This document shows positions 9,475-16,769 of a DNA stretch of 32,000 nucleotides, piece after piece. Location of the stretch: contig NC_020304.1 of assembly GCF_000341395.1 (NCBI RefSeq), forward strand, positions 2,970,001-3,002,000, read 5' to 3'. The notes under the pieces are model-generated. The model was not told the DNA's origin and made no database searches. It saw only the letters and a list, made by a program, of their open reading frames with translations. Made by a program: the position numbers and the translations under genes. Position 1 is the stretch's first letter; the number at the start of each line of letters is the position of its first letter. This DNA comes from Desulfocapsa sulfexigens DSM 10523 (GTDB taxonomy: Bacteria; Desulfobacterota; Desulfobulbia; Desulfobulbales; Desulfocapsaceae).

Positions 9475-11003
9475 GTAAATATACTAAATCCGTAGTGGCT
9501 TCAGGGCATCCTCTGGTCAGTGAAGCAGCAGCAATTATCCTGAGAGAAGGAGGTAATGCATTTGATGCAGTTGTCGCAGCTGGCTTTGCCTCAAGTGGTG
9601 TTGAACCTGCATTGAACAGTCTGGGTGGTGGCGGTTTGCTTCTTGGCCATTCGGCAGCAAATGGACAGAATCTGTTTTTCGATTTTTTTGTTGATACTCC
9701 CGGGCTTGGTTTGCAAAATCCCGTTGAGAAACCACATTTTTTTCCAGTAACGGTACAGTTTTCTGGAAGCAAACAGGATTTCAATGTGGGGCTTGGCTCG
9801 GTAGCGGTTCCCGGAACCTTAAAAGGACTGCTTCATATCCATAAACGTCTTGGATACATGGACTTAGCCTCGGTTGTGGCACCTGCTGTCCAATATGCAA
9901 AAAAGCATATTCTCAATGTAAAACAGGCTTATTTCTTAAAACTCCTTCGTCCAATCATGACCCTTTCTTCTAAAGGAAGAGAAATATATGAACCTGGAGG
10001 AAGCTACCTTCAGGAAGGCAGCTTCCTCACGAATCCTGAGCTTGCAGCTTTTATAGAACATGTTTCAAGGGATGGCGGTAAAGAGTTTTATAATGGGGAG
10101 ATAGCCAGAAAAATTGGAAAAGAGATGCAGGAAGAAGACGGCCTTCTTACAGTTACCGATCTGGCATCTTTTGAGGTAAGGGAAAGAACCCCTCTGAAGG
10201 TGCCCTTTCGGAAGTATGACTTCTTCACCTCCCCGGCACCCTCAATGGGGGGGGCACTTATCGGGCTATCCTTATCGCTGCAATCGCTATGCACAACAGG
10301 CCAACCCCAATATGCGTTTGGCAGTGGAGAGTATTTGATTCATACGACAGGGCTGATGCAGGAGGTTGAGCGAGTGCGGGAAAAGGGGGTTTTCAATGCC
10401 TCGGATTTAGAGAATTTTTTACGTTCCGACAGGAGTCAAGAGAGCGTTAAACGTATCAGGATGTTCTCTCGTGGAACCACCCATATATCCATAGCTGATA
10501 AGCAGGGGAACTGTGCTTCCATGACCTGTTCAAATGGTGAGGGTGCCGGTTACTTTGCGCCTGGCACCGGCGTGATGCTGAACAACATGATGGGTGAGGA
10601 CGATCTCCACCCTGATGGATTTCATTCCAGTCCTCCCGGACAGCGTGTGGGATCAATGATGTCCCCATCCCTGCTTATTAAAGACAATGAGGTCAAACTT
10701 GTCATTGGCAGTGGTGGCTCAAAACGGATTCGAACTGCAGTCACTCAGGTTCTTGGCCAGATAGTTGATTTTAAGAGGTCTCTTCAAGAAGCGGTTGATG
10801 CTCCACGAATACATTGGGACGGAGAGACTGTCCAGATGGAACCTGGTTTTGCTGAAGATGGCGTTGAAAAATTGAGGGAACATGCCAGCGTGAATGAGTG
10901 GAACTCACAGGGGGTTTATTTTGGAGGAGTTCACGCTGTGATACCTGGAATGGAAGGGGCAGCAGACAAACGACGTGGGGGCAAGGTTCTTGAGATAGTG
11001 TAA
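9465..11003 (+). CDS. ggt: Gamma-glutamyltranspeptidase-family Ntn hydrolase, no signal peptide
   Basis: 'ASGHPL.SEAA..IL..GGNA.DA', autoprocessing/nucleophile Thr context 'SRGTTHISIADKQGN', 'MSP', 'GSGGSKRI', 'D.R..G'. The start overlaps the ybdK stop by 10 nt. The N-terminus runs straight into the mature domain with no hydrophobic leader. Confidence 0.85.
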   Translation: MGMSKYTKSVVASGHPLVSEAAAIILREGGNAFDAVVAAGFASSGVEPALNSLGGGGLLLGHSAANGQNLFFDFFVDTPGLGLQNPVEKPHFFPVTVQFSGSKQDFNVGLGSVAVPGTLKGLLHIHKRLGYMDLASVVAPAVQYAKKHILNVKQAYFLKLLRPIMTLSSKGREIYEPGGSYLQEGSFLTNPELAAFIEHVSRDGGKEFYNGEIARKIGKEMQEEDGLLTVTDLASFEVRERTPLKVPFRKYDFFTSPAPSMGGALIGLSLSLQSLCTTGQPQYAFGSGEYLIHTTGLMQEVERVREKGVFNASDLENFLRSDRSQESVKRIRMFSRGTTHISIADKQGNCASMTCSNGEGAGYFAPGTGVMLNNMMGEDDLHPDGFHSSPPGQRVGSMMSPSLLIKDNEVKLVIGSGGSKRIRTAVTQVLGQIVDFKRSLQEAVDAPRIHWDGETVQMEPGFAEDGVEKLREHASVNEWNSQGVYFGGVHAVIPGMEGAADKRRGGKVLEIV

Positions 11004-11013
11004 TGAGGAGCGG

Positions 11014-11034
11014 GGTGGGTAGAAAGTACCCACC
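11014..11034 (+). other. Perfect 8-bp hairpin just after the ggt stop
   Basis: GGTGGGTA-gaaag-TACCCACC. No T-run follows, so it looks like a 3'-end stabiliser or processing hairpin rather than a terminator. Confidence 0.5.
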
Positions 11035-11082
11035 ATGTTGCCAGGGTGAGTAAAAAAGAATCATTTCTTTCAATGATATATG

Positions 11083-11108
11083 AGCTTTTTCGAAAAGCTT
11101 GCTTTTTT
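11083..11108 (+). terminator. Weak AT-rich intrinsic terminator
   Basis: AGCTTTT-tcg-AAAAGCT followed by tgcTTTTTTgTTTTg. Confidence 0.35.
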
Positions 11109-11210
11109 GTTTTGTTGTTAAAACAGTAGTATATGATTTGTTTTGTAGTTCTGGCATATATCTTGGAATAAAGGATTGAAAATGTACTTCATTTTTCTTC
11201 CCCTCCCTTT

Positions 11211-11244
11211 GCCCCTCTGGTCGGTTCCAGAGGGGCTTTTTTTT
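11211..11244 (+). terminator. Strong rho-independent terminator
   Basis: GCCCCTCTGG-tcggtt-CCAGAGGGGC (10-bp perfect GC-rich stem) followed by T8. Confidence 0.75.
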
Positions 11245-11355
11245 ACTTCTTTTTTTTACGGCCTTTAAAAATTGAGCAGATCAGTTGTTTTTCCTCATGA
11301 CGTGTTGTCGTGTTTCTGACGGTACTACATGTTGTGTATTTACTGCTAATGGAAC

Positions 11356-11384
11356 TTGACATATATCAATCGTCCCGCTAGAAT
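11356..11384 (+). promoter_or_regulatory. Sigma70-type promoter driving the riboswitch
   Basis: TTGACA (11356-11361), a 17-nt spacer, then TAGAAT (11379-11384). The predicted start is about 11391, right at the 5' arm of riboswitch P1. Confidence 0.6.
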
Positions 11385-11393
11385 AAGAGTATG

Positions 11394-11554
11394 TTCAGGT
11401 GTCCGTAAAAAGACTGAAAAGGGAACTTCGTGTAAATCGAAGACGGGCCCGCCGCTGTAACCGGAAAATATTCTGCATTTGCCACTGACTTGTTTCTAAT
11501 TAGTTGGGAAGGCGCAGGGTGAGAAGTATCCGGAAGTCAGAAAACCTTCCTGGA
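11394..11554 (+). promoter_or_regulatory. Cobalamin (B12) riboswitch aptamer
   Basis: Core elements appear in the canonical order. 'AAAAGGGAA', then 'CUUCG-UGUAAAU-CGAAG' (the GGUGnAAnUCC-type hairpin), 'GGGCCCGCCGCUGUAA', 'GCCACUG', 'UGGGAAGGCG', and the B12 box 'AGUCAGAAAACCUUCC' (11535-11550). P1 closes as UUCAGG / CCUGGA. Confidence 0.8.
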
Positions 11555-11565
11555 TTAATAGTGGT

Positions 11566-11591
11566 GATTATCGTCGTGGATTATCGATAAT
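11566..11591. promoter_or_regulatory. Fur-box-like hexamer cluster (ATTATC-n7-ATTATCGATAAT)
   Basis: Perfect 12-bp palindrome ATTATCGATAAT (11580-11591) plus a third GATTATC copy at 11566-11572. GATAAT/ATTATC is the classical Fur hexamer. Confidence 0.3.
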
Positions 11592-11616
11592 GAACTTATC
11601 TTGTGGATATATAGGG

Positions 11617-11660
11617 AAATCCTCAGATTTGAATGTAGTGTTCAGTCTGGGGATTTTTTT
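11617..11660 (+). terminator. Intrinsic terminator, candidate riboswitch expression platform
   Basis: AAATCCTCAGA - 18-nt loop - TCTGGGGATTT (11 bp with one G-U), running into a T-tract (GGGGATTTTTTTATT). Confidence 0.6.
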
Positions 11661-11814
11661 ATTCCCAGGCGACTGACCAGGTAATGCCTGAGGAGAAATG
11701 GATTATGACCTTGCGTGAACGGAGTTTGACAAAGATGTATCTGTACCGGATAACTGATTGGGATGCCTTTCAGCGGATAATGCGGAACCTCTTGTAAAAG
11801 AAGAAGATTGCATG

Positions 11815-11855
11815 AAAAAGAGGAGCTTTGTGATGCATTGCAGGCTCCTCTTTTT
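11815..11855. terminator. Bidirectional terminator (feoB 3' end / riboswitch transcript end)
   Basis: AAAAAGAGGAGC - 17-nt loop - GCTCCTCTTTTT. An A-tract and a T-tract flank a GC core. It lies 10 nt beyond the feoB stop. Confidence 0.7.
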
Positions 11856-11865
11856 ATGATTACTT

Positions 11866-14085
11866 CTACCCGAAAAAAGTTCCAATCTGAAAGACAGCTA
11901 CGGAGGCAAGAAAGGCAAATCCAGTATTAAAAGCCATTGAAAAGAAGGCCCATTTCCATGAGGCTTCTTTGGCGATACAGACAACAGTTACAAAACAGGG
12001 AGCGTAGAACATGATGAAGATTAATGCTGATATTGCAACAACGCTGTTCCAGTTTGGGTCCTTCACAAGACGTTGACCGAGGGTGCCCGCATCATCGCTT
12101 TCTATCTCACCCATAGAGTATACCGTACCGAGCGTTGAAATTATCACTTCTTTTGCTGCGAAGCCACCAAGCATTGCAATATTTGTTTTCCAGTCAAAGC
12201 CTGCGTAGCTTGAGACAGGCTCAAAGAACCTGCCAATTTTACCGGCGACTGAATTTCTGAGAGCGGCTGCAGATTCATTCTGATCAATTTTTCTGAGTTT
12301 TTCCAGGAGTTCTGCAGCATCTGCAGAAAGTAATGTTATTTCAGCAGTGATATTTTGGATCTCCTCCTGCACTGTCTTCGGGTAGGTGCTTGTTATCTTA
12401 TCCCGCTCTGTCTGAAAGGTTAGCCGGTCTGACTCCTGAAGACCCGGAAATGTCATCAATGCCCAGAGAAGTATGGATATGGCAAGAATCACTGTTCCCG
12501 CCTTTTTTATATATTGCCAGGTACGCTCCCAGGTGTGAATCAGTAAGCCCTGAAGCGTCGGAAAGCGGTAAGGAGGAAGTTCCATGACAAAGGGAGTGGA
12601 TTCACCCTTAAGTACCGTCATGCGAAGAAATTTTGCTGCCAAAAGGGCAACAAGCCAGGCCAGCATGGTAAAAAGAAACATGTACATGGCCTTGTGGTCG
12701 GAAAAGAATGCACCAATTAAAAGAATAAGAACCGGGACCTTAGCACCACAGTTCATAAAAGGAACGGTAAGCAGAGTGGCCATTCGCTCTTTAGGCGAAC
12801 GCAGTGTTCTGGTGGCCATGACGCCAGGTACGGCGCATCCACCGGCAATACCCCCTGAAACAATAAAGGGCATAACACTTGATCCATGAAGGCCAAATAT
12901 CCGAAATACCCGATCCATCATAAATGCTACTCTTGCCAGATACCCGGAATCTTCGAGCACAGCAATTCCGAAAAACATAAACATGATAAGAGGCACGAAA
13001 CCAAGCACTCCGCCTACACCATCTATAACGCCAGAGATTATCATGGATTTTAACATGCCTTCGGGAAGTGTGTTTTCAACTATCCCTCCAAGCCAGCCAA
13101 ACAATCCTTCCATCCAGGTGACAGGAAGTTCACTCCATGAAAATGTGAATTGATAGAGGCCGAAGAGGATGGCCAGCATAAAGAGCGGGCCAAGCAGACG
13201 ATTTGTTAAAACCTTGTCGATCTTGTCCGAAGTGTATAATCGGTCAATGTCAAATGCGTGGGTCATAACTCCCTGCCTGACTATTGATTTAATAAATCCA
13301 TAACGATGATCTGCGATTATTGCTTCGGGATAAACATCCATGGTCTTAAGCAAATGATCGGATATACTGCCAACGGTTTGTTCAAGCTTTTTTGCAAGTA
13401 AAGGGTCAGCCTCCTGTCCCTTTGTAAGCATCTGATCATCATGCTCAAGGTATTTAATGCCAGTGAAGCGGGGATTGTAATTATTAACAAGAAAGGATGA
13501 TTCATTGATTAGGGTAATGATCTCCATAAGGACCTCATCAAGATCGTCACCATATGAGATGTCTCGTGAAGTCCATATTTTGTCCGATTTGGCAACGTTT
13601 ATTGCCTGTCTGATCAGTTCTTCGGTACCCTCACCGGATCGTGCAACTATCGGTACAACCGTGACCCCGAGAAGCTCGGCAAGTTTCTGCGATTGTATCT
13701 CGATGCCTCTATCTTTCGCCACATCAATCATATTCAGTGCAATGATCAAAGGCACACCCATCTCAAGAAACTGGGTGGTGAGATAGAGGTTTCGTTCGAT
13801 GTTTGATGCGTCGACGATGTTAATAACCACATCGGGTTTCTGTGTTGTCAGGAAGTCACGAGTGACGATTTCTTCAACAGAATAGGCGGTCAGTGAATAG
13901 GTTCCAGGCAGATCTGTGAGTGTAACTTTCTGATCGTCTTGAGTGAAATGGCCTTCTTTATGGGCAACTGTAATGCCGGGATAGTTTCCTACGTGCTGTC
14001 TTGCTCCCGTCAGGCGGTTAAAGAGAGTGGTTTTACCGGCATTCGGGTTGCCGGCCAATGCCATGGTGATTGAATTGTTACTCAT
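11866..14085 (-). CDS. feoB: Ferrous iron transporter FeoB
   Basis: 739 aa. N-terminal G-domain 'LAGNPNAGKTTLFN', 'DLPG.YSL', 'NM.D', followed by a polytopic membrane domain with the gate motifs typical of FeoB. Confidence 0.95.
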   Translation of the reverse strand: MSNNSITMALAGNPNAGKTTLFNRLTGARQHVGNYPGITVAHKEGHFTQDDQKVTLTDLPGTYSLTAYSVEEIVTRDFLTTQKPDVVINIVDASNIERNLYLTTQFLEMGVPLIIALNMIDVAKDRGIEIQSQKLAELLGVTVVPIVARSGEGTEELIRQAINVAKSDKIWTSRDISYGDDLDEVLMEIITLINESSFLVNNYNPRFTGIKYLEHDDQMLTKGQEADPLLAKKLEQTVGSISDHLLKTMDVYPEAIIADHRYGFIKSIVRQGVMTHAFDIDRLYTSDKIDKVLTNRLLGPLFMLAILFGLYQFTFSWSELPVTWMEGLFGWLGGIVENTLPEGMLKSMIISGVIDGVGGVLGFVPLIMFMFFGIAVLEDSGYLARVAFMMDRVFRIFGLHGSSVMPFIVSGGIAGGCAVPGVMATRTLRSPKERMATLLTVPFMNCGAKVPVLILLIGAFFSDHKAMYMFLFTMLAWLVALLAAKFLRMTVLKGESTPFVMELPPYRFPTLQGLLIHTWERTWQYIKKAGTVILAISILLWALMTFPGLQESDRLTFQTERDKITSTYPKTVQEEIQNITAEITLLSADAAELLEKLRKIDQNESAAALRNSVAGKIGRFFEPVSSYAGFDWKTNIAMLGGFAAKEVIISTLGTVYSMGEIESDDAGTLGQRLVKDPNWNSVVAISALIFIMFYAPCFVTVVCIAKEASWKWAFFSMAFNTGFAFLASVAVFQIGTFFG

Positions 14086-14193
14086 TTAATTGAACTCGAA
14101 GGAAGTGAATTTCTAAGGTGCTTATAGCTTTCCATGAAGGTTACTCATCTGAGTATCGGCTTTCTTACAGATTGCCGGTATTAGATGTTGTAT

Positions 14194-14367
14194 TCATGAT
14201 TTTTTCTTCTGTGTTTCGCAACTGGTTACTCCACAGCCGCTACACCCACTACTGCAGGAGCAATCCTGGGTAGGGTCAGTAATTCGATGAATTGCGGAGT
14301 ATACCCTTTTTCCGATAAAAAAGAGAGCAATTGCGACAACAAATACGCTGATGAGTGTTTGCCACAT
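14194..14367 (-). CDS. FeoB-associated Cys-rich small membrane protein (57 aa, below the ORF-track cutoff)
   Basis: Hand translation gives MWQTLISVFVVAIALFFIGKRVYSAIHRITDPTQDCSCSSGCSGCGVTSCETQKKKS. It has one N-terminal TM helix and a C-terminal CxCxxGCxGC cluster, and sits between feoA and feoB. This matches the family I know as 'FeoB-associated Cys-rich membrane protein'. Confidence 0.75.
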   Translation of the reverse strand: MWQTLISVFVVAIALFFIGKRVYSAIHRITDPTQDCSCSSGCSGCGVTSCETQKKKS

Positions 14368-14407
14368 GGTAAAACCTGATAGTTAGGGGGTCCTAATTCA
14401 AAAGATT

Positions 14408-14434
14408 AAAAAAAAAGCAGTATTTTAATACTAC
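14408..14434 (-). terminator. Weak AT-rich hairpin + T9 between feoA and the downstream feo genes (possible attenuator)
   Basis: Minus strand reads GTAGTA-ttaaaa-TACTGC followed by TTTTTTTTT, immediately after the feoA stop. Confidence 0.35.
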
Positions 14435-14441
14435 TTCTAAC

Positions 14442-14753
14442 CTATACTGATTGAACAATAATGTTATTACTAGTGACTTCGTCAAGGCTGAGGGTTCCAC
14501 CATGAACTTTTAAAAGACACTGAGAACCATTTTGAGGGCAGATCAGTTCCGCCTCCTGTCCGGGGAGTACTCCAAGTGACGCCATTCTGGCGCAGAGTTT
14601 TCTGTCTCCGGTAACCTTACAAATCTTCACCTTGCCTGCCTGAATACTCTTAGAGAGGGGACCGGGGTGGCCATTGCACCGTTCTTCTTGTGTGCATTGT
14701 TGTATTTTTCTGGCAAAACAACCACATTTTTTATTGAGTTCTTTTAAGGTCAT
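14442..14753 (-). CDS. feoA: FeoA-domain protein with Cys-rich N-terminal extension
   Basis: The C-terminal ~70 aa follow the FeoA SH3-like pattern ('KV.GD.....R.ASLGV.PG.E......G..CL.KV.G...SL'). The N-terminal 30 aa carry 'CGC..(7)..C..(5)..C'. GGAGA RBS upstream. Confidence 0.8.
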   Translation of the reverse strand: MTLKELNKKCGCFARKIQQCTQEERCNGHPGPLSKSIQAGKVKICKVTGDRKLCARMASLGVLPGQEAELICPQNGSQCLLKVHGGTLSLDEVTSNNIIVQSV

Positions 14754-14875
14754 TTCATTCTCCGTGGAAGACTATGTTTAGGTACACCAAACATTATGTA
14801 CTGTCAACTCATTTATCAAGGGTGTGGAGCGGTTTGGAGGGCAGAAAAACCGTGTAATAATAAAAAGGTGGATTC

Positions 14876-14905
14876 TTGAATGAATAGTGAATATCTATAT
14901 ATAAT
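14876..14905 (+). promoter_or_regulatory. Sigma70-type promoter for the CDF gene
   Basis: TTGAAT (14876-14881), an 18-nt spacer, then TATAAT (14900-14905), 44 nt upstream of the ATG at 14949. Confidence 0.5.
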
Positions 14906-14948
14906 TCCTTTTTTTATATAAATTATTTGCCGGCCAACCAACAGGAAT

Positions 14949-16124
14949 ATGACTAATAACCAAACGAAACAGCGACTCGGGGAAGCAAAGAAAAGGGCTA
15001 TTGTTTCAATTTGCCTGAATCTTTTCCTTGCGATTGGTAAGGGAATTGCGGGTGTCATGTCTGGATCTGCAGCACTCATTGGAGATGCTGTTAATTCTGC
15101 AACAGATGTTTTCTCCTCCTCCGCCGTGTTTGTAGGGATTCTTGTGGCTGGTAAGAAACATCCCTCTTTCCCATATGGACTTTATAAGGCTGAAACAGTC
15201 GCTGTCCTGGCGACATCTGTTGCTGTTATACTTGCAGGCTATGAAATTGGAAGACAGGCACTCTTTGGAGTAATAAGTTATCCTGATATAAAAATAGCAC
15301 TTCCTGCCGCGGCAATTTCCTTTATGATAGCACTCGGATTCGGATTGATTCAATTTCGTGCAGGTAAAAGGCTCAATTCTCCAGCACTCACGGCAGATGC
15401 CAAAGATTACCTCGCTGATTCTCTTTCTACGGCTGTGGTTCTGGTTAGCCTGATTATTGTTCCCTTCGGGTTTAATGTTGATAGATTTGCAGCAGGGATT
15501 GTAGCTCTTTTTGTCTTTTATGCAGGTGGTCAGTTGTTCGTAGGAGCTTTGAAAGATCTGCTTGATGCTTCAATTGATAGAGAAACGGAAAGGGACATTA
15601 TTCGCTTTGTTGAGAAACATCCTCGTATTAGCAAGGTGAAAAAATGTTTCAGCAGGAATGCGGGTGGGCGTTTTCTTGTGGATATGGATGTGGAATTACG
15701 TACACCATCACACAGGATTGCTGACCTTGTAGCCGATCGTCTGGAAGAAGAGTTGCTGGTGGAATTCCCTGGACTGGTGCTGGCACGCATACGTCCTCAT
15801 TTCGTTTCGGGTGATTTCACGCGCAGAGTGATTCCGGTGCAGAGTCCTGAGGGAGAATTAAGCGTGAAGCATCTGGCTTCGGCACCCTGGTTTCTTATAC
15901 AGACAATAAACAGTGAAACCAAAGAAATAAAAAAACGACAATTCGTTGAGAATCGATACGGTTCAGCTAAAAAGAAAAAGGGGCTGCTGGTGGGACGATG
16001 GCTTCTGAAACTGAAACCGGATGAAGTAGTGGCTGAAGAAAATGAGAGTGTGGCACTTGTTTTACTCAAAGAGGCTGGTGTTGAGATCGTTCATCCCTCA
16101 TCTTTGACGTCAACGACAATGTAG
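14949..16124 (+). CDS. Cation diffusion facilitator (CDF) transporter fused to a C-terminal NifX/NifB-like (FeMo-cofactor-binding-fold) domain
   Basis: CDF core: six TM helices, 'SGSAALIGDAVNSATD' (TM2 metal-site HD/DD-type motif), 'DAKDYLADS' (TM5), and a cytoplasmic alpha/beta domain to about aa 285. The extra ~100 aa 'VKHLASAPWFLIQ...E.K...FVEN...VALVLLKEAGVEIV' follow the 'HFG.A..F.I / a...L...GI.V' pattern of the dinitrogenase FeMo-cofactor-biosynthesis-type domain. Confidence 0.8.
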   Translation: MTNNQTKQRLGEAKKRAIVSICLNLFLAIGKGIAGVMSGSAALIGDAVNSATDVFSSSAVFVGILVAGKKHPSFPYGLYKAETVAVLATSVAVILAGYEIGRQALFGVISYPDIKIALPAAAISFMIALGFGLIQFRAGKRLNSPALTADAKDYLADSLSTAVVLVSLIIVPFGFNVDRFAAGIVALFVFYAGGQLFVGALKDLLDASIDRETERDIIRFVEKHPRISKVKKCFSRNAGGRFLVDMDVELRTPSHRIADLVADRLEEELLVEFPGLVLARIRPHFVSGDFTRRVIPVQSPEGELSVKHLASAPWFLIQTINSETKEIKKRQFVENRYGSAKKKKGLLVGRWLLKLKPDEVVAEENESVALVLLKEAGVEIVHPSSLTSTTM

Positions 16125-16333
16125 TCAGCTTCATCATTGCGCAGTGTAAGTGTACCGCCCATTACTCGCAGTGCAACGGGATCATATAGGGGGGCTCGAC
16201 CCTGAATGGTTATTTCGGTTCCGGGTACAAGTCCCATTTCCCGAATTCTTCTCCCCAGTTCTCCGCCAACTTTCACAGACTTGATTGTTCCGGACTGGTT
16301 TTTTGCCATTTGTCTAAGATTTATTTCGGACAT
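16091..16333 (-). CDS. feoA: FeoA-family protein (second copy)
   Basis: 80 aa. 'G.IKSVKVGGELGRRIREMGLVPGTEITI.......DPVALRV.GGTLTLR..EA..I.V' is a canonical FeoA. Its 3' end overlaps the convergent CDF gene by 34 nt. Confidence 0.85.
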   Translation of the reverse strand: MSEINLRQMAKNQSGTIKSVKVGGELGRRIREMGLVPGTEITIQGRAPLYDPVALRVMGGTLTLRNDEADYIVVDVKDEG

Positions 16334-16769
16334 TATATTTCACTTACTTTATTAGATTCCACAAAGAAACTGAGGGGCAGGGGATATCGTGAAGCCGTCA
16401 TCTGTACTTCCAACCACTGTCATTAGGTGTTGCTAATTTCTTAATCTTGCCAGGATACTCTGTCAAGAGAGATCTGAGAAAAAAGTTGAGTCAGTGAGTG
16501 AGCCTAACTTCTTAAGGATTTATGCGACCGTCTTGGGAGTGGAAAACCTGATTTTTCCATTCTATCCTATTACTGTTCCTGATATAATAGTGTGTGAAGG
16601 TAAGGAATTGCTGCATAATATGTATGAATTGTGCTTAAATTAAACAGCAAGATTGTTTCATTAAACTCTTTTTATGTTGAAACGAATTGCTATTAGGGGT
16701 GACTACTGCCAAAGAATGTTATTGATTTGAAAAGGTTTGCTTATTTCTGGATTGGTGAGGTCGTTTATA

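Noticed and set aside
10771-11157. 128-aa minus-strand ORF spanning the ggt 3' end and the post-ggt hairpins
   Set aside because: Two thirds of it is antisense to ggt. The rest runs through two hairpin/terminator structures. No RBS or recognisable sequence is present.
11182-11268. 28-codon hydrophobic sORF (MYFIFLPLPLPLWSVPEGLFFTSFFYGL) with AAGGA upstream
   Set aside because: The reading frame runs straight through the strongest terminator in the window (11211-11244). The Pro/Leu/Phe composition simply mirrors the stem and T-run.
11703-11885. 60-aa minus-strand ORF overlapping the feoB stop and the bidirectional terminator
   Set aside because: It would start inside feoB and read through the terminator hairpin. 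There is no RBS. It is better explained as non-coding riboswitch-transcript DNA.
14871-14896. AT-rich 'GATTCTTGAATGAATAGTGAATATC' upstream of feoA/CDF as a possible Fur box
   Set aside because: It matches the 19-bp Fur consensus only loosely. It contains no GATAAT/ATTATC hexamer and no clear dyad. It overlaps a good sigma70 -35/-10 pair, which explains the AT-richness. It is not supportable without a species-specific PWM.
14816-15079. 87-aa minus-strand ORF overlapping the CDF start and its promoter
   Set aside because: It overlaps 130 nt of a well-supported CDF gene in antisense. Its translation has no features. The region is better explained as a divergent promoter.
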